A stretch of 64,000 nt of DNA from Paludibacteraceae bacterium (GTDB lineage: Bacteria; Bacteroidota; Bacteroidia; Bacteroidales; Paludibacteraceae), in NCBI GenBank assembly GCA_017525455.1, contig JAFXSS010000152.1, positions 649 through 64,648 on the forward strand, written 5' to 3'. Positions 18,603 through 26,477 of this stretch are shown in pieces. Every line of letters begins with the position of its first letter. The stretch's first letter is position 1. The translations under genes were made by a program, and so were the position numbers. Under the pieces are notes generated by a model. The model was not told the origin of the DNA. It saw only the letters and a program-made list of their open reading frames with translations, and did no database searches.

Positions 18603-19985
18603 TTATTCCCTCTCTGCGTGCGCCCGTCTGCTCCGCACACACTGCTCTGCCAGGGGGTAATACTTCGTTCCCTCAAACATCCGAAGCATCATTTCGTCTC
18701 TGTCAGCTTCTGTTTGTTCCCGTCTTTCCGGTGCATCGTAGCCCTGTCTGTTTGTCTTTTCAGACCAACTATATATTACTTCCCCTTTCAGATTGATATA
18801 CTTATATACATTCAGTCGGGGATTCTCAGTGTCAACAACCAAGCATAACTCGTTGTGTACGCCGGAACTAATGAGGCTTGCGGGCATCTTATCCCATGTG
18901 TCCATTGACAGCACCACTTCCCCTTGCAGGTTGATTATACAATATAAGTTTACATCTACTTCAGTGGATTTGATGCTCATCGTGGTTGATTTCCATACCC
19001 ATGCATACTCTCCATAAAACGGGTCTGCGTATGCGTATTGATAGGGGATCTGCACTATGCCGTTCTTGTCGATATAGCCATATAATCCTTGGTTGTTACG
19101 CACCGGCATAAGGCCTCCGTCGCCGAAGAAGTTTTCTCCTCCAAGATATATGTTCTGTTCGGTTATTATGTTTCCTTGCGTATCCATTAGTCCGGCGTAC
19201 GTCCAATCACTATCCTTCAATTTATAGAGCAACCTGTCATTTCCAACCGACTGCAAATATGGGTATATGGTGTCTATCACCAATTCGCCCTTGGTGTTGA
19301 TTGCACCGTAGACGTAATAACTTTGTGATTCGTCGGACCAACTTTTGTCAACTACCGCTATGCCGTCGCAGAAATCATACAACTTCCAGTATCTTTCTCC
19401 ATCTACGCCGTTGATATAACTGGAGATTGCTATTTCTCCTTTTTTGTTGTAGTACCCGAAGATGGATGCTGCCAATCCGTCTTTTGTCATCGGTCCTAAT
19501 GGCGTAATGAGGCCATTATCCATAGGCGCAAGAATGGTGCTGAAATGATTGTCCATTATGCCGGTTTTGCGCATGTCGCCGTATCTGCAGCAACCGTAGT
19601 AAAAGTAATGGTCCAAGAATCCCTGACCTTCCGGAAGGGTGTAAACGACTTCACCTTTCTTGTTGATGAATGCGTGTTGGGGGCCAAGGGTGGGCACTTG
19701 GTATCCGGTGCTACGTAAAGGCTCACCGTCAACATCAATATACACCTGAGCCACGCCACCCGAGAATCCGTACGTCCGGTCATATTTCGCAGGAATGACC
19801 ATTTCGCCTTTTTCGTTGATGAAGCCCCAGTAACCCGTGCTGTCTGCCGCCGGCCACAGCATGGTGGTATCTTCTTCCGGAGTCTGCGAGAAAGGTTCGT
19901 TACAGCCGGTCAGTATTCCTGCCAATCCGACAATCACTGCCCCGAGCGCAGCGTTGATGCGTTTGAGAATTCGTTTTTTCATCAT
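18603..19985 (-). CDS. WG (KWG-type) repeat-containing lipoprotein
   Basis: MMKKRILKRINAALGAVIVGLAGILTGC lipobox. It has at least 7 repeats of the YGFI[ND]xKGExVIP type (YWGFINEKGEMVIP, YGYIDKNGIVQIP, YKYINLKGEVIY ...). Its start overlaps the upstream stop (ATGATGA). Confidence 0.8.
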   Translation of the reverse strand: MMKKRILKRINAALGAVIVGLAGILTGCNEPFSQTPEEDTTMLWPAADSTGYWGFINEKGEMVIPAKYDRTYGFSGGVAQVYIDVDGEPLRSTGYQVPTLGPQHAFINKKGEVVYTLPEGQGFLDHYFYYGCCRYGDMRKTGIMDNHFSTILAPMDNGLITPLGPMTKDGLAASIFGYYNKKGEIAISSYINGVDGERYWKLYDFCDGIAVVDKSWSDESQSYYVYGAINTKGELVIDTIYPYLQSVGNDRLLYKLKDSDWTYAGLMDTQGNIITEQNIYLGGENFFGDGGLMPVRNNQGLYGYIDKNGIVQIPYQYAYADPFYGEYAWVWKSTTMSIKSTEVDVNLYCIINLQGEVVLSMDTWDKMPASLISSGVHNELCLVVDTENPRLNVYKYINLKGEVIYSWSEKTNRQGYDAPERREQTEADRDEMMLRMFEGTKYYPLAEQCVRSRRAHAERE

Positions 19986-20365
19986 TCGACTTTTGTCTTT
20001 GATACTACTTTTACTAACTCGTACCATTGGTTCCGAAAGTCAGTAGGGGGATTCTTGTATGAGCTCTCTTTCACAATCAGTTTGCACTCGTATCCTTCCT
20101 CAAACACGAAACCTTCGATGGCCATTCCTTGTATGTTCGGGTCGGTGGAGAATAGTTGTATTGTTCCGTCATCTTCCCATCGTCCGCGGTATATCGGAAC
20201 GAGGGTCGGTTCCGGAGACATCGGCCATGCATTTATCTCCATCTCCGTGAGTGTAGGTTCGGTGATGAGTGCTCTCGTCTTGCTATTGACACCACCGTTT
20301 TCACATGCTGCCAACCCGATGCCCAGCACTATCAGAGCAATGATGAAGAAAATAACCTTTTTCAT
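19982..20365 (-). CDS. small lipoprotein, DUF4377-like
   Basis: MKKVIFFIIALIVLGIGLAAC lipobox. The GFVFEEGYECKLIVKE...NPPTD...YELVKVVSKTK pattern is recalled from DUF4377 proteins; this was not verified. Confidence 0.55.
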   Translation of the reverse strand: MKKVIFFIIALIVLGIGLAACENGGVNSKTRALITEPTLTEMEINAWPMSPEPTLVPIYRGRWEDDGTIQLFSTDPNIQGMAIEGFVFEEGYECKLIVKESSYKNPPTDFRNQWYELVKVVSKTKVE

Positions 20366-20369
20366 ATAC

Positions 20370-20846
20370 CTATTGCTGATTGTTGACCGACAAATTGAGT
20401 TTTTTCAAACCCTGATAGTACCCCACAGGCCCCTCGTCGCCACCGTATGACTCGAACTCCCACTCCATGTAATCTTTTGTAAGTTTGTGGATGGTAATCG
20501 GCGAGCACCCTCCATCCAAGTTCCGCTTCTTATCGTAGTACCCTTCTACAGTCATCAGCCATTTGCCGTTGTCTTGCTGTCGCAGGGTATATGGCCCGGG
20601 AAGATAGTATCCTGTCGGCGATACGGGCTGCATGAATTTTTCGTCAAAAACGAGTGTCATGTCATTATTCACTTGGCGAGTGAATATTCCGCCAAACCCG
20701 TCGCCGTTGGCAACTGTTTCTTTTTCCACTTTCCATTGTCCGATGAGCAGTTTCTGTACGTCTTCTTTCTGCTCCGGCAAATTCTGCCTGCAATTTGCCA
20801 TCAAGGTTATCACCATCAACAGCAATAACATGTGATTCATTTTCAT
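20370..20846 (-). CDS. lipocalin-like domain lipoprotein
   Basis: LMANC lipobox. The LIGQWKV...IHKLTKDYMEWEF pattern is typical of Bacteroidales lipocalin-like domains. Confidence 0.55.
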   Translation of the reverse strand: MKMNHMLLLLMVITLMANCRQNLPEQKEDVQKLLIGQWKVEKETVANGDGFGGIFTRQVNNDMTLVFDEKFMQPVSPTGYYLPGPYTLRQQDNGKWLMTVEGYYDKKRNLDGGCSPITIHKLTKDYMEWEFESYGGDEGPVGYYQGLKKLNLSVNNQQ

Positions 20847-20880
20847 AACGCGAATGAGTTTATCTCTTTAAGTTTCTGTT

Positions 20881-21537
20881 CTACGGGCGGAAACCTATAC
20901 CTATTCGCAGTACGGAAGACGAGCCGATGTTTGTTTCCACGAGTCCGAACACGCGTTCGTTGCCGAAGTTCAATCCTATAGGTGTCATGTTAGCGGCAGG
21001 CAGGTAGAAACCCTCGACCGCACCGCTGGCGTACTGTGAAATATGCATGCCTACGCCTACAGACAATCCGGAATACAAGCGTACATGCTCGCGATTGATG
21101 TAGGTAAAATCCACGCGTGCCACAACACTGACATCATGCGTGCGGTAGTTTCCCGCCCAGCACTCGTAGTTGACGCTTGCGCCCAGCCGGAGCCAGCGCA
21201 GGATGTTATAACCATAATCAATTGCCCAAGCGCCTGTAAAGATGTCTGAGCGCGCCGAACCGCTTGAAGATCCCGGCGCAGGGATGTAGAAATTCCACGA
21301 GTGACTGCCGAACGCCGTGGAGTAGACACTGGGCAGACCGACAGAAAGCGATACGCTCTGCCGATGTTCGCGCCAGTCGTATCCTTTGCGTACGGGCATC
21401 GGAGCGGGAGTCTCTTTGCGAACTACAACAACGGTCTGCGGTGCTTGCTCCTGCGGACCGATTTCAGTTTGCACCTCTTGTGCGGACATGCCTGCCGTGC
21501 ACAGCAGCAGACAGATTGCAATCATTGACTTTTTCAT
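20881..21537 (-). CDS. putative outer-membrane beta-barrel protein
   Basis: Signal peptide ...CTAGMSA|QE, followed by alternating hydrophobic beta-strand patterning that ends ...LRIGIGFRP. Confidence 0.5.
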   Translation of the reverse strand: MKKSMIAICLLLCTAGMSAQEVQTEIGPQEQAPQTVVVVRKETPAPMPVRKGYDWREHRQSVSLSVGLPSVYSTAFGSHSWNFYIPAPGSSSGSARSDIFTGAWAIDYGYNILRWLRLGASVNYECWAGNYRTHDVSVVARVDFTYINREHVRLYSGLSVGVGMHISQYASGAVEGFYLPAANMTPIGLNFGNERVFGLVETNIGSSSVLRIGIGFRP

Positions 21538-21559
21538 ACGTTTGTCCTCCATATGATTT

Positions 21560-21760
21560 TCATTGTTCGCAATCCTCAACACTCTCCCAAGTGGTAGGTG
21601 TCACGCCATACATCGGTTTCAATCCCGGGTCATCCAGATCCCCCTGATATATCGGCGGTACGCCATACTCAACCGTACACCCCGTAAGAGCAGACCCGGT
21701 CAATCCGACAATCATTGCCCCTAGAGCGATGTTGAGATGTTTGAGTAGCGATTTTTTCAT
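21560..21760 (-). CDS. mini-lipoprotein (66 aa) with two YGVxP motifs and an acidic tail
   Basis: MKKSLLKHLNIALGAMIVGLTGSALTGC | TVEYGVPPIYQGDLDDPGLKPMYGVTPTTWESVEDCEQ. Paralog of 17285-17503. Confidence 0.6.
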   Translation of the reverse strand: MKKSLLKHLNIALGAMIVGLTGSALTGCTVEYGVPPIYQGDLDDPGLKPMYGVTPTTWESVEDCEQ

Positions 21761-21778
21761 TGTACCATATTTTTGCGT

Positions 21779-22231
21779 TTAATCATTATCGGCTTTTTTG
21801 CCAAGCACAAAGTCCTGTTGCACTTCGGCCTTACCGCAATTCCAGTGATCCTGCTTCGATACGCCGCTACGGTCGAACTCCAGTCCTCCTACATTGACCG
21901 AATCGGATTCATATACGCCAGCGGTGTCGCGAACGATGATTTCAAACGAGTCTCTCCAAGGATGGGTTTGGGTTCGCCACGCATATTGTCCATCCGAATT
22001 GGTAGAGCAAACGACATAGCCTAAAGAGCCATTCTCTCTATCCCATCTGTCTCTAACAGCCACTTGGATATTCTCCAACGGTTGCTCCTGCTCATCGGTT
22101 ACGGTACCGGACATTTCAAACGTTGCATACGGCGAGCCATACTCGCTATAACCTATGTGGCAACTGACACCCAGCAACCCCATCAGCGTCGCTATCAGGG
22201 CATTGATACCTGCCAAAATACTCTTTTTCAT
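21779..22231 (-). CDS. lipoprotein with a CarboxypepD_reg-like domain (paralog of 17974-18411)
   Basis: MKKSILAGINALIATLMGLLGVSC HIGYS EYGSPYATFEMSGTVTDEQEQPLENIQVAV... The start was moved to the ATG at 22229-22231. Confidence 0.7.
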   Translation of the reverse strand: MKKSILAGINALIATLMGLLGVSCHIGYSEYGSPYATFEMSGTVTDEQEQPLENIQVAVRDRWDRENGSLGYVVCSTNSDGQYAWRTQTHPWRDSFEIIVRDTAGVYESDSVNVGGLEFDRSGVSKQDHWNCGKAEVQQDFVLGKKADND

Positions 22232-22267
22232 ACTTGTAAATGTTAAGTTGTTTTTAAATTGCGAGTG

Positions 22268-22275
22268 CAAAGGTA
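22268..22275 (-). promoter_or_regulatory. -7 promoter box (TAccTTTG) of cassette B
   Basis: CAAAGGTA on the plus strand, with a -33-like TTTGCATAT 15 nt upstream. Confidence 0.55.
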
Positions 22276-22290
22276 CAACAATTATTTCAA

Positions 22291-22395
22291 ATATGCAAAT
22301 ATTTTTGTGGATTTGTATTTTCGCTTAAATGATTGTTTTTCAGCAAAAAGTCATTTCGAGCGTGTGGAAATGTGACAAAATCGGTTATTTAGGGA
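22291..22395 (-). repeat. conserved upstream element, copy B (105 bp)
   Basis: Near-identical to 18483-18587 (2 mismatches). Confidence 0.9.
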
Positions 22396-22657
22396 CCAAA
22401 TTGTCATCCCAATTCACCTCCGAGGCATTGCTGTTTTGCGTGCTGTGCGCATCTTGGTTGTCAATAATTCGCAAGGCATTGGGATCCGGACGTCCTCCTC
22501 CGTTGCCTTTTGGGTTATCACCTTTTCCGCTTGGAGGATTCATGTCATTTTTACCAGCCATACAGCTCACCATAACTACCATCACGGCGCTAAGAAATGC
22601 AACCTTACACAAGCGGAAGGCTATATGGTCAAACTTGATAGTATCTGATTGTGCCAT
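22385..22657 (-). CDS. small G/P/N-rich lipoprotein (90 aa)
   Basis: ...AFLSAVMVVMVSC lipobox, then a low-complexity stretch GKNDMNPPSGKGDNPKGNGGGRPDPN. Its stop codon (TAA, 22385-22387) lies inside repeat copy B. Confidence 0.45.
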   Translation of the reverse strand: MAQSDTIKFDHIAFRLCKVAFLSAVMVVMVSCMAGKNDMNPPSGKGDNPKGNGGGRPDPNALRIIDNQDAHSTQNSNASEVNWDDNLVPK

Positions 22658-22725
22658 TGTCTGCTTTCGTTATACATTTGCCTATGAATGCCGGCGTCTA
22701 CTTGGATACCGGTATTTTGTTTATA

Positions 22726-24198
22726 TCAATTCAGTTCCCCCGTCATCAGCCTGATCATTTGCTGCTTCAGTTCACGGGAGTTCGTGCCGAGTTTGTTAGC
22801 CGTGTGCTGCTTGAAGTTACGTATACCGCTCTGTCCGTAATGCAGCAGTGCCGCCAGTTGCTTGCTGTCGAAGCAATCCATCATCACCAGCACGCAGAGC
22901 CTGAGTTCTTTGTCCGTCAGGTCACCTTTGGCTTTCAGTTTGTCAGCCAGCATGAAGAACTGCCTGTTCACGACAGCGCAAAACTGCTCATAATCTTTCC
23001 AGCACAACGTCTGCTTCCAGTCGTCGGCACGCAGCAGCGTTTCGATGTTCTTCGCCACCTCTTGCTCTATTTTCACCCGTCGGTCGTCAAACTGCTGCTG
23101 CAGTTGGGCATTCTGCTTCTGGCGTGCATGTATGAACGCCTGCGCCCGTTGTTTCTCGTGCGCAATCTCAGCCATCGAACGCTGGTGCTGCCTGCGGATG
23201 TTATACCACCACGCGAGCAACGCCACTATCAGACAAAGCACTCCCGCCAGCAGCAATCCCCATCTGCGCGGCGGTGTATTCATATCCTGCTCCAGCAGTT
23301 CGACCGCATGCGACAGGTCTCCCTGGTCATTGGCAATCACACGCAGCACCGCAGCACGTTCTGCCGCCGCCGCGCGCACATCCTCGAGTTGAGCCGTGCT
23401 GTCCTGCTGGGTAAGTATGTACAATGCATTGGCTCGCAGGAAAAGATGATCGGTAGCCTGCAGCACCTGACGGGCATAATATGTAGCCGAGTCATACTGA
23501 ACCAGATACGAATAACATTGCCCCTTGATCATCATCAGCGACGGCGCTGCCGCCTGCTCGCCTTCAACCATATTCGCATACTGCAAGCCACGGGTGTAAT
23601 CACCTGCACGCATATATGCTTCAGCATAAGTCTCGTAGCACATGGCCAACAACAGTGAATCTGTTACCGATTGAATGACAGGCTCCAGCAATGCCCGCAC
23701 ACCGGCCGTATCGCTCTGCTCAGCCAGGGCGTAGGCCATATTGGTCAGACCAATGCGGTAACGCATAGAGTCACCGGCCTGCAAAAACGCCTGCGTCGAG
23801 CGCTCGTACATAGTGCAGGCCAATGAGTAGTTACTCTCCATTCGGCAGATATAAGCGATATTGCTGTACACGCGTCCAAGCAACTCCTGATCATTCGTGC
23901 GTGCAGCACGCGCGTATAATAGATAAGGCATAGCCTCGGAGTAACTCCTATTGATGCGCAACAGCCGTCCGTAGAAGAAACAGGCCTTGGCGTAAGACGT
24001 AGGCATCAATACGCGCCAAGGCGACAATGCATGCACAGCCTGATGCAAAGCCTCGGCATCGTCAAACACCTGGTCAGCCTGCAGCAAACTGTCGGCCTGA
24101 GCAACCGTGGCGCGAGCCTCATGCACCGAACGGCACGAAGTCATGGCAAACGCAAAAGCGCAGAGCAAAAGCAATACTATGTACAGGCGTTTTTTCAT
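22726..24198 (-). CDS. one-component transmembrane regulator: signal/lipobox, TPR-like ectodomain, single TM, coiled coil, C-terminal LuxR-like HTH
   Basis: MKKRLYIVLLLLCAFAFAMTSC signal. TPR-like repeats follow (YSEAMPYLLYA, YSLACTMYERS, YAEAYMRAGDY ...). The TM segment is WGLLLAGVLCLIVALLAWW. The C-terminus reads LTDKELRLCVLVMMDCFDSKQLAALLHYGQSGIRNFKQHTANKLG. The start was moved to the ATG at 24196-24198, downstream of the promoter box. Confidence 0.7.
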   Translation of the reverse strand: MKKRLYIVLLLLCAFAFAMTSCRSVHEARATVAQADSLLQADQVFDDAEALHQAVHALSPWRVLMPTSYAKACFFYGRLLRINRSYSEAMPYLLYARAARTNDQELLGRVYSNIAYICRMESNYSLACTMYERSTQAFLQAGDSMRYRIGLTNMAYALAEQSDTAGVRALLEPVIQSVTDSLLLAMCYETYAEAYMRAGDYTRGLQYANMVEGEQAAAPSLMMIKGQCYSYLVQYDSATYYARQVLQATDHLFLRANALYILTQQDSTAQLEDVRAAAAERAAVLRVIANDQGDLSHAVELLEQDMNTPPRRWGLLLAGVLCLIVALLAWWYNIRRQHQRSMAEIAHEKQRAQAFIHARQKQNAQLQQQFDDRRVKIEQEVAKNIETLLRADDWKQTLCWKDYEQFCAVVNRQFFMLADKLKAKGDLTDKELRLCVLVMMDCFDSKQLAALLHYGQSGIRNFKQHTANKLGTNSRELKQQMIRLMTGELN

Positions 24199-24229
24199 CC
24201 GCGGCAAACACAAGTAAAAATCGAGACTG

Positions 24230-24237
24230 CAAAGATA
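24230..24237 (-). promoter_or_regulatory. -7 promoter box (TAtcTTTG) of the regulator gene
   Basis: CAAAGATA on the plus strand, with -33-like TTTGCATAT at the same 15 nt offset as in cassettes A and B. Confidence 0.55.
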
Positions 24238-24252
24238 CGAAAAAAAAATGAT

Positions 24253-24345
24253 ATATGCAAATTTTTTTGTGGAAATTTCACTTTGCATAAACTGCTGTTT
24301 ATCAGCGCAAAAAGCATTCCTGCCTGTGGAAAAGTGATTTTACCT
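24253..24345 (-). repeat. conserved upstream element, diverged copy C
   Basis: It aligns to copies A and B with many substitutions and one 2 nt indel. It keeps ATATGCAAAT, TTTTGTGGA, TCAGC..AAAAAG and TGTGGAAA.GTGA, and the two TGTGG cores are 57 bp apart as in copy B. Confidence 0.6.
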
Positions 24346-24455
24346 GCACATTTTTTCGCGCTGTTGGAGTTTAGTCAAAGTGCGCTTGCGGAAAAAAAAT
24401 ACACCTTCGCGCAATTTTTCTGCAAGAAAGTTTGCAAATGTGCATTTTTTTTTGT

Positions 24456-24463
24456 ACCTTTGT
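24456..24463 (+). promoter_or_regulatory. -7 promoter box (TAccTTTG) for typA
   Basis: ttgTACCTTTGtagg, about 88 nt upstream of the typA ATG, with a T-rich spacer and TTTGCAAAT upstream. Confidence 0.55.
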
Positions 24464-24550
24464 AGGTTGTTTAGGTTTTAACCTAAAGATTTGGTGTGCG
24501 CACCGGTACATAACAGAGACTAATCAAGCAAAAGAATATAGAAATAATAT

Positions 24551-26347
24551 ATGCAAAAAATCAGAAACATTGCAATCATTGCCCACGTGGATCACGGCAA
24601 GACCACACTCGTCGACAAGATGCTGTACACATCGAACCTGTTCCGCGACAATCAGGACAAAGGCGAACTTATCCTTGACAATAACGACCTTGAGCGCGAG
24701 CGTGGCATAACGATTCTCGCCAAGAACGTAGCCATTGAGTACAAGGGCTACAAGATTAACATCATCGACACCCCGGGTCACGCGGATTTCGGCGGTGAGG
24801 TGGAGCGTGTGCTGAACATGGCCGACGGCGTGCTGCTGCTGGTTGATGCGTTCGAGGGACCGATGCCGCAAACACGATTCGTGCTGCAGAAAGCCATCGA
24901 ACTAAACTTAAAGCCTATCGTGGTTATTAATAAAGTGGACAAGCTCAACTGTCGTCCGGATGAGGTGCAGGAGGCCGTATTTGACCTGATGTGCAACCTC
25001 AACGCTTCGGAAGATCAGTTGGATTTCCAGACGATATACGGTTCGGCCAAGAACGGTTGGATGAGTACCGACTGGCATCAGCCTACAAAAGATATAACCG
25101 CCCTGATGGATGCCATCATCGAGTATATACCCGAGCCCGAAGTGCTGGAGGGTACGCCGCAGATGCTTATCACATCGCTGGACTACAATCCGTACGTGGG
25201 ACGTATTGCCGTGGGACGCGTGCATCGCGGTGTGTTGAAGGACGGCATGGCTGTCACACTGACAAAAAAAGACGGCACAAAAGTTCGCACGAAGATCAAG
25301 GAACTTCACACCTTCCAAGGCATGGGACATGTCAAGACCGACGAAGTACGTTCGGGTGACATATGCGCATTGATCGGCATCGACGGCTTTGAAATCGGTG
25401 ACACCATCTGTGACGCCGAGAACCCCGAGGCTCTGGATCCGATTGCTATCGACGAGCCGACCATGTCAATGACCTTTACCATCAACGACAGCCCGTTCTT
25501 CGGACAGGACGGCAAGTTTTTACCCTCTCGTCATATTCAAGAACGTCTGACCAAGGAACTGGAGAAGAACCTTGCCCTGCGCGTTGAGGCCAGCGACCGC
25601 GAGTCGGCATGGAACGTGTACGGCCGCGGCATGCTGCATCTGTCGGTACTCATCGAGACCATGCGTCGCGAAGGCTACGAACTGCAGGTTGGTCAACCCA
25701 AAGTTATCATCAAGGAGATTGACGGCGTTAAGTGCGAGCCGGTTGAGCAGTTAACAGTTAACACGCCGGAGGATTGTTCCGGTAAGATTATCGAGTTTGT
25801 GACTGTTCACAAAGGTGAAATGACAAAGATGGAACTTGTGAACGACCGTGTACAGCTGGAGTTTGTCATACCCTCGCGCGGGATTATGGGTATGCGTACG
25901 TACGTGATGAACGTCAGCGCCGGTGAGGCGATCATGGCACACCGATTCCTGGAGTACCAGCCGTACAAAGGCGAAATGCCGCACCGCGTCAACGGTTCGC
26001 TCATCGCCATGGAAGCCGGAACAGCCTCGGCTTATGCGCTCGACAAACTCCAAGACCGCGGACGATTCTTCATCGACCCGCAGGAAGAAGTGTATGCCGG
26101 ACAGGTGGTTGGCGAGAATGCCAAGGAAGGTGACATCGTTATCAACGTAACGAAAGCCAAGAACCTGACAAACATGCGTACCAAATCATCGGACGACAAG
26201 GCTGTGCTTGCTCCGCCCGTACGGTTCTCGCTGGAGGAGGCACTCGAATATATCAAGGAGGATGAGTACGTAGAGGTTACACCTCACGCTATGCGTATAC
26301 GCAAAATCATCTTGGATGAACTGGAGCGCAAACGCGCCAACAGATAG
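24551..26347 (+). CDS. typA: translational GTPase TypA/BipA
   Basis: IRNIAIIAHVDHGKTTLVDKML, DTPGHADFGGEVER and NKVDK G-motifs; 598 aa. Confidence 0.97.
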   Translation: MQKIRNIAIIAHVDHGKTTLVDKMLYTSNLFRDNQDKGELILDNNDLERERGITILAKNVAIEYKGYKINIIDTPGHADFGGEVERVLNMADGVLLLVDAFEGPMPQTRFVLQKAIELNLKPIVVINKVDKLNCRPDEVQEAVFDLMCNLNASEDQLDFQTIYGSAKNGWMSTDWHQPTKDITALMDAIIEYIPEPEVLEGTPQMLITSLDYNPYVGRIAVGRVHRGVLKDGMAVTLTKKDGTKVRTKIKELHTFQGMGHVKTDEVRSGDICALIGIDGFEIGDTICDAENPEALDPIAIDEPTMSMTFTINDSPFFGQDGKFLPSRHIQERLTKELEKNLALRVEASDRESAWNVYGRGMLHLSVLIETMRREGYELQVGQPKVIIKEIDGVKCEPVEQLTVNTPEDCSGKIIEFVTVHKGEMTKMELVNDRVQLEFVIPSRGIMGMRTYVMNVSAGEAIMAHRFLEYQPYKGEMPHRVNGSLIAMEAGTASAYALDKLQDRGRFFIDPQEEVYAGQVVGENAKEGDIVINVTKAKNLTNMRTKSSDDKAVLAPPVRFSLEEALEYIKEDEYVEVTPHAMRIRKIILDELERKRANR

Positions 26348-26477
26348 TTTTGTTTTTTCTTGGCATCTTTGGGCTTTCTGTTCGGTCATTATGCACCACA
26401 TAACTCCCTCACGAGAAAACTCAAATCTGCTCAAGAAAAATCCAAAACATAAATACAAATTAGTATTCAAATATTCT

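Noticed and set aside
18521-18796. Plus-strand ORFs 18521-18796 and 22329-22754 share an identical 22 aa N-terminus, MIVFQQKVISSVWKCDKIGYLG.
   Set aside because: The identity exists only because both ORFs start inside the 105 bp repeat. Beyond the repeat they diverge at once and run antisense to well-supported lipoprotein genes. The diverged copy C does not preserve the reading frame, so the conservation is at the DNA level.
13314-24345. The lipoprotein island as a mobile genetic element or prophage remnant.
   Set aside because: No integrase, transposase, conjugation or phage genes are present. There is no flanking tRNA or terminal direct repeats. The only repeats are the promoter-associated elements internal to the island.
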